Shown here: positions 1-11,862 of the stretch, one piece after another
Numbering within the stretch: the first letter of the stretch is position 1
Layout: every line of letters begins with the position of its first letter
DNA from: Podarcis vaucheri
Taxonomy: Eukaryota
Assembly: GCA_965113315.1 (NCBI GenBank)
Contig: OZ220367.1
Length of the DNA stretch: 64,000 nucleotides
Reading direction: 5' to 3' (one strand)
The notes under the pieces: generated by a model
The model's database searches: none
The model's input: only the letters and a program-made list of their open reading frames with translations
What the model was told of the DNA's origin: nothing
Position numbers and translations under genes: made by a program

Positions 1-169
1 GTTGTTTGTGATCTCAGAACCCAAGTCACAAGTCAGTTCACTGGAATAAAGAGCAGTGACATGCGTCTTGAGGGTGTTTGAATAAACTCCACAGAGGTGG
101 TGTGTACTGTTAGCAAAGAATAAGATTATGAACAAGCAAAGGAACGTGAGCGGTTGTTGTAGGATAGGT

Positions 170-640
170 TTGATGCAGCCTAAGAAGCCTCCATTACTTG
201 CTTTGTATTCCATATTCTTTCTCTCCACACTGTGTTCTGTCAAGCCCTTACTTTCTCGTTTAATCAGAACCAGGAATTATCAAAATTCCCAGCTGTTCCA
301 CAGGTTTTGCCAATAGCAAAAAGGTCTTCTGGTATCTTGCCAGTCTTTCTCAGAGATGTAGACTTTGTATGTACAGTAGTCTGGCTGATTGTCTTTGTTA
401 TCCTCTGTTGCATTCTGGTAAGGCTGATACCTAGCAGACATTTCAGGAGGGTAACATGGTCTTTCTTAATCTTCTTAAAGATCATCCAGCCTACACTAGG
501 GTCCTCCAACCAAGAGAGGCTGCAGCAGTAGAACAGGCAGTTCTTAAGTTGTGTAATTGACAGATTTTTCCATATAACCAGTTTGCTGGTCTCCTGTATG
601 TAGGCTCGCACGTCATGAAGAAAATGAAGTTTCTTACCTT
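170..640 (-). mobile_element. Highly degraded RTE-like LINE C-terminal remnant
   Basis: ORF 264-695 contains KLVIWKN, LKCLLGISL...RITK and GKIPEDLF, echoing the RTE motifs KRVW.N, CLR.ILGI.W.DRITN and GRIPKDLL. Confidence 0.4.
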
Positions 641-3600
641 TTATCTTGGAATTGCATTGTACTCCTCTCCTCCTCAAGAGGAATATAACTGACATGATTT
701 GAATTGCAGATTTTCGGTGGTGTGAAATAACTAAATGAGAAGCTACTGTGCCCTACTATTTGCTTCCAGATGGTTATAGAGGAAGGGGGAACTGTGCAGA
801 TTCAGTCCTGTGTGTGGAACTGAACAGAAGAGTCTAAGAATAACAGTTAACAGGGAATATTTGTTTTCTTTCTTCCATGAAGTAGTCTTAGATCGCCCTC
901 TGTTGCATAATCAATAAACTGCAATACAGTCTATGCTGGGCTGGGCTAGAGATGGGATTGCATGAATGTTGCTTCCTTGGGCTTCAGATATTTAAGGAGA
1001 CCTACCTCTGAACTGAGCTATTGGCCTTTTAAGCTAGTGGAAGTAAGGAAGTGATGGCATGGTGATTGTTGCCATATTCCCAGTTGCCTTACATCCAAAG
1101 GGAGAATCCTTTCACATGCTTGGCTTCCAGCAACTGCTGGGAGCAAACAAGCACAGGAATCAATATCCTTTGCCATTTTACTTGATCCTATGGCACATAG
1201 TGATGGAAAATATTCTCCTGTATTCTGCATGAATCAAATGCAGCTACTTCCCAGTATTCGGGGGGGGGGGATTGGTGGGATATATGTGTGCTCAGTTTGG
1301 TGGATAGCTGAAAAGAGTTTCAGTTTTGTAAATGCTTTTGTATATGTTCTCAGAGCTATATGAAGAACCAGTTACTATTGATAAAGCAGGTAGTATGTGG
1401 ATTAACATGAACACTAGTTATGAGTCTTCTTTCTAATTACTGTTTCAGTTTCTCTCAAAGGAAAGTTATTGAAAGGAAGTAATTTATCTAACAGAGCAAT
1501 TCTAACCATGTTTACTTAGTTCTACTGAATTTGATGGGGTTCGCTCCCAGCTTAGTGAGGTTATGGTGGCAGTCTAAATTACTTGCAGCAATTCTTAAAC
1601 AGGCCTCTAGTATCCTCAGGTTTTGTTTTGTTTTGTTTGTTTAAAGAAGACTGGTTTTTTCTGCAGGTTTCCATGCACTTGATCAGAAGCATCTGGCACT
1701 GGCCACAGAATTTACCTTTCAGATTGGACTTTGGTTTGGCCAAGGATAGTGGCACATGGTATTAGGTCTACAAACTTTAAGCTGAAGACAAGTTCCCTAC
1801 CAGAGCAATATATCTTGCATTGTGTGTGATCTTAAACTCTTCAGAGCATACTAAAGAAGGTTATTGCTACCTGTGATGTAGGTTCTTTTCTCATTAACCT
1901 AGTAAGTGGAGGCCTATAGACAAAATTATCAAAATTATGTTTTTGTTCATAGCACTTATTGACTCAGTGTATATGCTGAAACGTATGACTAGCAAACCTG
2001 CAAAAAGTATTCTTATTGGTTACCTAGTACTCTTGCTCTCAGTTTGGAAAGGAGTTCTTAAACTATGTTATGCTAAGCCTTTCAAATAGCTTGATCCCAA
2101 GCATTTTTCACCTGCAAATAGAGCAAATTCAACCATGGCAGTGTACTGTCACGGACATGGAGACTTTTTTTTCAGAATCTCAGAACCAGAACAAATCTTT
2201 AGGATTAGGGTCTTGTTAAGGATGGTGGTTTGGATTGTTTAAGCCCACCCAGATGCAGCTAGAACACAGTTTAGGTAGCCATGCATTGCATATTGTGTTG
2301 GAGCAAGGGCAAGGCAGATCAATGAGTATGATGGAGAGTTAAGATATGCAGCTACTAAGGAAAATGAATATGCAGCTTCTAAGGGGAACCGTGGGAGCAC
2401 CTCAGACAAACAGTCAGGATTTGAAAAATGAAAAGCTCTCTTACTTCCAGTTATCATAATATACACCATCATGGAAAAGGTTAGTTCTCTGCCTCTTGGC
2501 CAAATGAAATGCCCAAAATAATGGATAAGAGAGAACTGGTATATGTAGTAAAATTGGAGTATTAGAATGGTTGTGTATGCTGAAGCTGTATTTTATTCTT
2601 TCTGATGCATACTTTGTGATGGATGTCAGAAGAAAGGCTAGCACGGGCACACAACTGTCAGAACTGGCAACAGTCTTAAGCACGCTTTCAGCATAATGGG
2701 CTGGTATGAAATGCCCTGGCTCAGAGTAGCAAAGATCAGCCAGACTTCTTAATTGTTCTCAGTACAATAAATCCTGCACCAGAAACCTTAACATATTTAA
2801 AGCTGCCTCTGCATCCCACTAGAAATCTAGGAGATGCAGATCAAACCCATGGTCTCAATACCTCAAAATGGGATTAGAAATAAAAGGGTTGGTGCCAGTT
2901 CTACTCTTGAGTAGGACTTAGTTGAATGCAATTCAAATTATTTTTCATGTATCTGTTAAACACTTTTTCTCAGTGAGAATGTTCTAAAGATCATTTGTAC
3001 AACATGGAATTAGTGTGAGTGCACCATTTGTTCAGGTGAAACAGGGAAGTTGTGTGGTATGAGAATCTAAAAGCTGTTTAAATAATGGGTTAACCAAAGC
3101 AATATTCTAGGCAGTAAGGCTTTCTCAACTATGAATATGGCAAAATTGAAGTATAAATGTCTTACTCAGCTTAATAGTGCTCAAATGCTGTCTTTTTTCC
3201 AGTTCAGTTGTGAAGCAGAGGAGACTGACTTTCACAGTGGCAAGGTTGTTGCACTACATGGAAGCTAAACTCTACTAACATCCAATTATTATTTTCCTGT
3301 TTGCTGAATTGTACTATCCTAGCATATAAAATGGACATAGTGTCAGTTCAAATGTAGCATCGAACTGTGGTTTGGTATTATATTATTGAGCCTTGAATTT
3401 GTGTGGTTAGATTCCTTCTTCAGCTACCTGTGAACTCTGCTTTGCTTGCAATCTCTGGCTTTTGCAAACCAGAATTTGCCTGGTTTGGATAAAATTGCAA
3501 AGTATAGTTTGCTGCAAAGTAAGAGTTTGCAAGGAGTTCTGTGTCTGCAGTAGTTTTGTGCATGTGACTTTTTTATTTTATACCAAGAATGGAATGGTTA

Positions 3601-5135
3601 AACTTTGTGTAGCAAGTAAATGTTGGAATATCTCCAGGGGCCTAAAGATTTTTACTAATTGGCATAAAGGGGTGCTGATTTCAGCCATCCATTTCTAATG
3701 TGGCAAGAGGACCAATGGTGGTTGCAGGTTTGTGCATGTGGTCATGGCGTGTTTTAACCAGGTAGTTTCTTCAGTCATTTTGCATATAGCAAAAAGATAA
3801 GGAGATGCTGCAGTGTGTAGTTTTGCTGCAAGTTATGAGTTTGGCCAACTGCTACACAAGCCCAGTGCCAAAGTCTAATGTGGCTGCAGCTAACAGCACT
3901 GCGGCTAACAGCACTGTTGTTCATCTCAGTTCACAAGATTTAAAAACCAATTCAGGGTGTTGGTAAGAACAGAAGATGGGGGAAGAAATAGTTGAAAGTC
4001 AGCAAAAGTCACCTTGGTAACTGCAGCATTACACTCGCTCAGAATGAAGAGACTTCAAACATGACTACAAACAGCTTTAAAGAAACAAAAAGAATTTAAT
4101 CATCTAAAGAATTAATCTGACAACTGCCCACACTTACACCTCCCACAATCCTTCAATCACTAGGGAATGAGCTTTAATCTCAGATTCCCCTCCAGTTCCA
4201 TAAAATGCTAGATATGCAGTCTTCAAACTGGGGCATTTCCGGCACACTGCTCTCATTCAAATGCTCTCCCTCTCCTAACACAGCAGCCTTGGCTTTTGTC
4301 AGTTTTTTGTTTCATTTCTTTCTGGATGCAAACCGAGGATCATGAATTATTTGTGTTGGTTGGGTGAAGCATTCAGTCTGGTGGAGATGTTTACAATATT
4401 TTTACGTGCTAGTTACTGCAAAAAAGAAAACTTGTGCCACCTTTTACTAACGCTTTTGGGAAGGAGCAGGGAGAGGCCAAGATGGGTGGCACAAAAATAC
4501 AAGTAATTGAAACAAAAGGCATGCTTAATTGTCATTTTTAAAGCTATAATTTTTAGATAAAAGAGAGTGCAGTAATGAATTATTGGGTTCTTCCCCTCCC
4601 ACACTGATTCCCCCCCCCCCAATCTAGGTTGCCTTCTTTTGCAAAGGCCAGGCATGGATTTTCATTCATGCTTGAAGAATGTGAAAATCTCCTGCATACT
4701 TGGTTTTCAGCTTAGTGTGTAGGTTATTGAACATCTAATGTGTGGGTGGCCCTTCCAGTACCCTCCCATTCAAAGGTTGGCAAGGCAAAGAGAAGGGCCT
4801 TCACTTAGGAGACAAATTATATGGGGAATTCTACGCTTCCGGAGTCAGTCTGTAAAGAAAATCTCTTGGTTCAAGAGTTAGAGCCAGCAAATCTGAATCA
4901 CATATGGGTTACGGGGAGCTTATTCCAGGGACTTAATATATTGTCTTGTTTTGAGAAGAAGCTCATCAGGATGTGGTCAAGCCAGGAAATGAGGCACAGT
5001 TCAGGTTAGGGGAATAGACTTCTGGAATACTGGAGCAGGCAGAGCTTTAAGGAGGAAATTGCAGCAGCAAAAGGCATGTGGAGGGTTCATGGACTTTTAA
5101 ATCTGTTCTGTTCGTTTTTCTGAGAAAGAAAAGTA

Positions 5136-5775
5136 CCGTATTTTTCGCTCTATTAGACGCACCAGACGATTGGACGCACCTAGTTTTTAGAGGAGGAAAA
5201 TAAGAAATAGGAAAGGAACGCAAAGCATCCTGAGCTAAGAGGGAGCGCTCCTCCATCTTCGCTCAGGAGGCTTTGTGGGGCTATCCCTGAAGCCAGGAGA
5301 GCAAGCAGGATCGGTGCGCACCAATCCCTCTTGCCCTCCTGGCTTCAACAAAAGCAAGCCTACTGGCTTTCCTCCCGCAAGAGCCGTGTGCTCTGTCCCT
5401 TCCCCCACCTCCTGCAAAAGCCAGGGATAGCTGCGCAAAGCCTCCGCAGGGCAGCGGGATAAAGGCTCCCCGCTCCCCTGCGGAGACTTTATCCCGTGGC
5501 TAAGCCAGAAGGTAGAACAGCCAGCGGGATTCCGCTTGCTGTCCTGGCTTCTTCTTTGGCTGTGCGCCTTCATCCCCTGCCCAGGAGAGGCTGCGCGTGG
5601 CTAAGGATCCCCCAAGAGTCGCACTCCCTTTAAAGAGGGCACAGAGTGTGCGTGCGGCTCTTTAAAGGGAGCGCTGAGCAGAGCCTCCTGCCTGCATTCG
5701 CTGCATAAGACGCACACACATTTCCCCTTACTTTTTAGGAGGGGGAAAGTGTGTCTTATAGAGCAAAAAATATGG
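5136..5775. mobile_element. Tc2/pogo-like MITE (640 bp) with GC-rich palindromic interior
   Basis: TA|CCGTATTTTTCGCTCTATTAGACGCAC ... GTGTCTTATAGAGCAAAAAATATGG|TA. ~25-bp TIRs and TA TSD. Confidence 0.85.
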
Positions 5776-6642
5776 TACATAAATGTCCCTTATGCTAACA
5801 GCCTATTCTGTAGCAGTCCAGAATGAACGCTGGAATATGTAACTATAATGTAACCTGTGATCAGATACACAACCTATGCTGTTGATAGTGGTGCAGCTAC
5901 ACTCTTGCCAGAAAAAGATACGGGCTTCTGAAGCTGCAGAGACACCTTTATACAATAGTACAGAATATTCTATTGATCTATGACGTTCTGTGGACCCAGC
6001 TACAGCGATTCTGGATGCATAACACTGCATTTGGACAACATGGCATTTGCATTCTGGCCATTGTTGTTTTATGTGTAGTTTGGTGCTCTGGTCAATAGCA
6101 GCCCCTGTCTCAGTAAGATGAATGAACCTGATCTTGTGATTAGGGCTTGGCGATGGAGAAGTTGGCACTGAAACACAATTCATGCGGGCAAGTTAACACT
6201 AGAGCACAATCTACAGTAAGAACAGTTCTATTTGGGGGTTTTGTAAACAGAAGCACAGCTACGTACATCTAAGTGGATACAGTTATTTCCATTATGCCCT
6301 AGAACTCCTGTGGTTTAGGGTTCTCTCAGCAGTGGACCTCATACAAAAATATAATGTGAGCCTAATCCCCAAAAATTGTAAATTTACTTGTAAATTGCTG
6401 TCTGGAGAAACACACAGCTGCCATTATTACTGCTTTAACACTAGAGCCAAATATATTGTCACAGTTGGAGCATCAGAGTATGAGCATGAATTCTGCCCTT
6501 TTTTTAGCATTACGATGAATACTTAATCTCATTTTTTATTATAACTACAGAGTAAAGACAGTTTGGTTCCAGTGTCCATAAGGTTTGCAACTGTTTTCTT
6601 AGCTTGCAACTTAGGGATGAAAAATTTCTCCATCACCATTTA

Positions 6643-6798
6643 TCGTATTTTTTCTGTGTATAGGACGCCCCCTATTTTGGGAGACTCCAAATTAAGAAAA
6701 CACTCTTTAGCACTACCTGTCTATAAGATAAGCCCCAATTTTAAACCTAATTTTCTGGTTAAAAAAACAACCCTAGTCTTATACACGGAAAAATACAG
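6643..6798. mobile_element. Short (156 bp) Tc2/pogo-like MITE; empty relative of the FKBP3-bearing element
   Basis: TA|TCGTATTTTTTCTGTGTATAGGACG ... GTCTTATACACGGAAAAATACAG|TA. TA target duplication and subterminal TATAAGA repeats. Confidence 0.8.
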
Positions 6799-9671
6799 TA
6801 ATTTGTATGCCGTCTTTCCATAGTTAAAACCATGTTCAAGACGGCTTACACGTGAAAAGATTTACATAATTACAAACATATCAAAAGTAGTCAAAAACAA
6901 TGAATAAAGCATATCAAAAGTACACAGCCATTATTGAACAATTTCTGCATGAATAAGATGTAAATAAATAAAATGTAAACATAAACATACAAAAAATAAT
7001 ATAACAGCACAAAAAAACCCAACAATCCCTCCTAAACAATGCCCCAACCCAAGAGTCTATTCAGCAGCGCCAGCTTTTGTAGCTGGAGTAAGTCAGAGCT
7101 CTGCCCTCCGAAGCCAGGTGGAACAGGCTTGTTAGGCAGGGAGCAAGTCTTCCACGACTCACAGCCATAATTTGATATTCTTCTGGTGACTATATGCTGC
7201 TTTTAGGAGTTAGTGTCAGATAAATAGAATGTGTGGGTAGCAGGATAATTTTGCTAAATGTAAATTGGAGATCAAGAAAGCTTAACTTAGTGGTCAATTG
7301 GCTGTTCAGCTATTTTAGAACAAAATGATAAACTGCCAAACTTATTATTTAAGAGTCTGCTCCATGCTATGGTTGGGTTTTTTAAAAAAAAACACACACA
7401 CAAAGGCCCCACCTACACATCAGTGCAGTTCTGTATCCTATCTAGTCTGAAATCATTTGGTGGGGAGTGAAATATATTTTCTCCAGAGGTTCCAGCTGCA
7501 TCAACCTGAATGTTCTATGACCCACATGGCAACAGTTCTGAAATGGTGGGCTGGAATAAATCAGTGAGCCATGGAAGACATCCTCCTCTGCACTTCTTGC
7601 CAGGGTTCATTAAATTGGGTGGGGAATCTCTGGCCTCTCTCCCCATCCATATTTCTCACCAGCCTTGCTCTGTACCCTGATCAAGTGCTTTTGCCTCGGA
7701 GGAATGTGTCCTTGCCATTTCTATTGGTTGTCAGAGTGGAGATGTGTAGAAATCTCTGAGTTGTACATAGTTGGGATATAGCCTGTTATAAGAAAGGTAA
7801 GAGTCACATCCATTGCTCTACTTGCTTTTGGATCTGGCTGTATGCATGACTGGCATGAACACCCTGGAAGGTTGCCCACGGGAGTCTGTGGCCCTTTGTT
7901 GAAAAGTATTCCCCATGCTTGCCTTAGATGAAATCACAAAGTGTTTTGTTCACATCTTCTTCACTATTTGCATGGAGAGATTTATTCCCTTTTTTTCACC
8001 CTTAGATTATAGTCATCTAAATCAGGGTAGGGAACCAGTGGCCCTTCAAATGTTGTTGGGCTTTTCTGTTGGCCCCAACCAGGGTGGCCAATAGCCAGGA
8101 ATGTTAGGAGCTAGAGTCCAGCAATATCCACAGAACCGTAGCTTCCCCATCCTTTCTTTATGCCTTCCATCTATTAAAGAATGGCTAGTATCTTATAGAG
8201 AGGTTGGCATTAATAAAACTTTTACCGGCTTAGGTGTGATTCTTTCAACTGGCTTTGTGCCTCACTGGGGAAACTGGCAGGAAGCGTTGAGGAAGGGTTG
8301 ACAAAGTTTTCCAAATCCAAACATTTGCAAAGAATCATGACCAAGTTTGTCAGGGTTGTATAACCTGAAGGCAGTAGCTATGGATATTTATTGCATGTGA
8401 ACAACCGGCTAACTGAGAAGTGATCCAATGTCATGTCCCTCCTGGAGGAATCTTTTTTGAGGGCTCACATGGAGTTCCTGAAGCTAAAATCACAATGGTG
8501 CAGTCTTTGGCAATGGCTCTTGAAGCAGATCTGTTGATTCTGTGCCCTCGGGACAGGTAACCCCTGTCTTGGAGACAGATGCCAAGTGGCCACCTAGTCC
8601 TCAGGAGTGCAGGTACCTAATGGTGCAGAATTGGTCAATCTCCAGCTGCAGGTACTTGCCTGAGGAATAAAGTATCCATTTGAACAAAGAGATATTTGGG
8701 AATAAGCCACTCTTCACAAGTCGGGGCTCTGAAGACTTGAGGCTTAAAAGCCTTCAGTTCTAGACAGAGTCCTGGAACAATGTGTGCACCAGCTCCTAGA
8801 CTTAAATATCCCCTGATTACCAAACTGTTCACTAGGACCTCTCGCCACCACCCTGATGTTTGGACTTGAGACTTCCTTCAGATCTTGCTTCTCATTCTGA
8901 CCTTGTGTTTGGACCTCAGACTGCCTTCAGACTGTGCTCCTGATATACACCTTCGCTAATTCCCATATGTAAATCAAGCAGCACTGTAAGAACTGACCTG
9001 ATCTCTTAAAAATTCCATATAACAGTGTTTGAAACTTTGCTTCTAAGGCAACCAGACTCGTTGAGTACCACTTAGGAATATGTTTCAAGTCTTCAGGTAC
9101 TGTTGTGTGTGAATGTATATTTGAATCAATACTAAGTGTTAACAGACATGGTCATTCTTCCTTTAGTGACTCCATCATCACAGATAATGTCTAGAGGCAT
9201 CAGTAACTTCTCACACTGATTCTAGCTCACTGTGATAATAAAATTGGCAGTAAGGTTGTTTCTACATTGAAGAAGATATTCACAGTGCCTTATAAGATTC
9301 TTGTAAAAATAGGCCATCCGTGATAGGATCTGGCTAGGCTGTGCAGTGAAAAATCCTCTGGAAAATATGCCTGTGGGTCTTTAACTGTGAAAAGGCAATA
9401 TTATGAATATTTACTTGTGAATGATCCTATTTTACTCAGTGGGACATGCTTGCTACATACATCTTGGCTATGTGAGAGGTTGGATGACTTAACAAATTTA
9501 TGTAGGCATACAAATATTAATATGGATACTGCAGGAGCTTGGTCTAGCAGGTTCCCAATATTTTCATGGTATGCTACCATCTCTAAGTGATTCCTCCAGC
9601 AGGGAAATGACATCAGGTCACTTCTCAGCCGGTTGTTCACATGCAGTGCAAAACTCAGTGGTACTTATAGC

Positions 9672-9771
9672 CCCAAGGTTGCAGGTTCAGTCCCCGTAAG
9701 GGACAGCTTTGCAGGGTTTTGGACTAGATGATCCTCAGGGTCCCTTCCAACTCTACAATTCTATGATTCTA
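9672..9771 (+). mobile_element. Partial copy of the same tRNA/CR1-tail SINE
   Basis: ccaaggttgcaggttcagtccccg...ggactagatgatcctcagggtcccttccaactctacaattctatgattctat. Similar to 10972-11078. Confidence 0.7.
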
Positions 9772-10299
9772 TATTCCCAACCCATAGCTACTACCTTCAG
9801 GTTATACAATCCTGACAAACGCATTCATGATTTTTTGCAAAAGCTTGGATTTGAAATTTTTTGTCAACCCTTCCTCGACACTTCTGGCCAGTTTCCCCAG
9901 TGAGGCACAAATCCAGTCGAAAGAATCACAAGACCTAAGCATAGCCTGGATACTAGAAAGTAGGAGTGACACCCTTAAAAAATATAGATCATACTAAAAT
10001 GAGAGTGTAGCCATTTTCAGGTGCCTCAAAGTCCTGAAACTTGTGAGATGAGGCAGCAGGAACAAGTGTGGTCGTTTCATCCCTCACCCCTCCTCTCCCT
10101 ATTTTTTTGCCTTCTGCCTTGGGAAAGGAGAATGTCTGCCTGCAGCGGGAATGCTTTTGTATCTGTAGTGGCTTCCTGTGTGTATTGGAATGCTTTCATA
10201 GGTTTGAAGGCAATAGTGGTGGACCTAGCACATTTTACCCTACTGCCCCCCCCCCATGCTTACTGTTACCACTTTGGAGCACATGAAGATGGATTTTTG

Positions 10300-10470
10300 G
10301 ATGGATTTCCCCCCTAAATTGATTTTTGAATTCTGAATTTATTGTTATTCATGTTTTATATTGTATTTTATGCTGTTTTTTGTTGCATCAATTAAGTGTT
10401 TTAAATTTGTTGTTAGCCGCCCTGAGCCCGATTTTCTGAACCGGGAAGGGCGGGGTATAAATAATTTTTT
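10300..10470 (+). mobile_element. L2-type LINE 3' tail; similar tails at ~6830-7150(-), ~48000-48360(-) and ~54100-54378(+)
   Basis: T-rich tract then gttagccgccctgagcccg...ccgggaagggcggggtataaataa. Confidence 0.65.
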
Positions 10471-10475
10471 AATTT

Positions 10476-10511
<36 letters not shown>
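10476..10511. repeat. (ATAG)9 microsatellite
   Basis: Direct reading. Confidence 0.97.
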
Positions 10512-10512
<1 letters not shown>

Positions 10513-10784
10513 GCTGGAGAATAAGCTGCCTGTGAGCCAGAATTACTGGATCAAAATTGCATGTGATACGCTGGAATATTAAATTGGAGGGTAGAACATA
10601 GTGTACTTTTGCTGAGGATGGTTGCATACAGCCATGTTCCTCTCTGTTGGAAAAGTGTGTTGTCCATTTTCCAGGGCACATCTGTCTGCCTTTGCCATTA
10701 ATAAAAATCCTCTTTACAAAGTGATGTAAAGCAGGGTATTGGTCTTGGGCTCTAAATTCACGCCTATGTTTTTCTTTCTCTTAG

Positions 10785-10919
10785 GAGTCGGAAGGACAGC
10801 CTAGAAAGTGAAAGCTCGGCAACAATTATTCCTCATGAGTTGATTCGCACAAGACAGCTTGAGAGTGTGCACCTGAAATTCAACCAGGAATCAGGAGCAT
10901 TGATTCCACTTTGTTTAAG
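10785..10919 (+). CDS. SUFU: Suppressor of fused homolog, coding exon (equivalent of human exon 9, 135 nt)
   Basis: Pyrimidine tract ...tttctttctcttAG| and donor AG|GTGAGT. Translates (g)SRKDSLESESSATIIPHELIRTRQLESVHLKFNQESGALIPLCL(R), matching the SUFU C-terminal domain. Confidence 0.97.
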
Positions 10920-10930
10920 GTGAGTAGTCA

Positions 10931-11078
10931 GCCTGGTTCGCTCAGTTGGTTAGAGCGTGGTGCTGATAACTCCAAGGTTGCAGGTTCGAACCCCATATGG
11001 GATGGCTGCATATTCATGCATTGCAGGGCATTGTACGAGATGATCCTCGGTGTCGATTCCAACTCTATAATTATGTGA
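10931..11078 (+). mobile_element. tRNA-Ile-derived SINE with CR1-like 3' tail
   Basis: GCTCAGTTGGTTAGAGCGTGGTGCTGATAAC...GGTTCGAACCC resembles tRNA-Ile, but the acceptor stem does not pair. Continues into gatgatcctc...ttccaactctataattatgtga, a CR1-like tail. Confidence 0.75.
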
Positions 11079-11723
11079 ACTACAGCTTTCTGTGAACTAC
11101 CACCCTCTTGCTGCTGTCACTTCAAGCACACTGTCACCATTTAACAAGGCATTTTGTCCATGTGACGTTCACTTGTGAATGTACATGCTAATAATAATGC
11201 ACTGGTACACAAGGCACTGCTTTTATCATAATTCAGTCCAATATACAGCCCTGTATCGATAGAATCCTAAGTAACTGTCAGCTGATTTGATTGATTTATG
11301 AAAGATTGTGTATTGCAGTTAGTGAGGAAGAGTACAATTGAGTGTGGTTATCAAAAGTGGAGTTTTGGTATGGAATTGCTTTCACTTGAGCTCCCTTATA
11401 ACAGGAGCTAATTCCCTGTGGTGTGAACCCATGAGGCTGCACTATGCTCATCAGTATTGAAACTGAAACACAGGTCAAATCTAAGTCTTCTTTTTTACCC
11501 AGGGCCAAAATAGTCAGCAAGGGCCTTAATCATAGGTTACTGTGGTCATGTTATGTTCACCCCCTTATGCCTTACTTTTTTATTATCTGTGAATTTAGAG
11601 TAATGTGCGTTCATGCTGTGAGACTTGAGTAGTTTAGTGCTTATAATATAGCAGTGTGTCACATGGAGAAGATACTGTGGATTTAGAAATCACATTTATG
11701 AGTGTTTCTATTTACTCTTCCAG

Positions 11724-11862
11724 GGGCAGACTATTACATGGACGGCACTTTACATACAAAAGTATTACGGGAGATACAGCAATCACTTTTGTGTCAACAG
11801 GAGTTGAAGGGGCCTTTGCTACAGAGGAGCATCCATATGCAGCACATGGGCCTTGGTTACAA
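11724..11862 (+). CDS. SUFU: SUFU coding exon (equivalent of human exon 10, 139 nt)
   Basis: ctcttccAG| and CAA|GTAAGA. Encodes GRLLHGRHFTYKSITGDTAITFVSTGVEGAFATEEHPYAAHGPWLQ. Phase is compatible with the previous exon (AG+G = Arg). Confidence 0.97.

Noticed and set aside
264-695. 143-aa ORF as a host gene or DIRS recombinase
   Set aside because: Motif remnants fit a decayed RTE LINE C-terminus better, and no splice structure is evident.
4743-4751. Isolated GLI-like TGGGTGGCC sites (also ~47067)
   Set aside because: 8/9 matches are expected by chance in 64 kb and have no supporting context.
8330-8950. Possible old LTR/Gypsy remnant with repeated ttggac(t/c)t motifs
   Set aside because: No termini or TSD could be defined; too degraded to support.
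10931-11003. Genuine tRNA-Ile(GAT) gene
   Set aside because: The acceptor stem cannot pair, there is no poly-T terminator, it continues into a CR1-like tail, and a related copy exists at 9672. It is a SINE.
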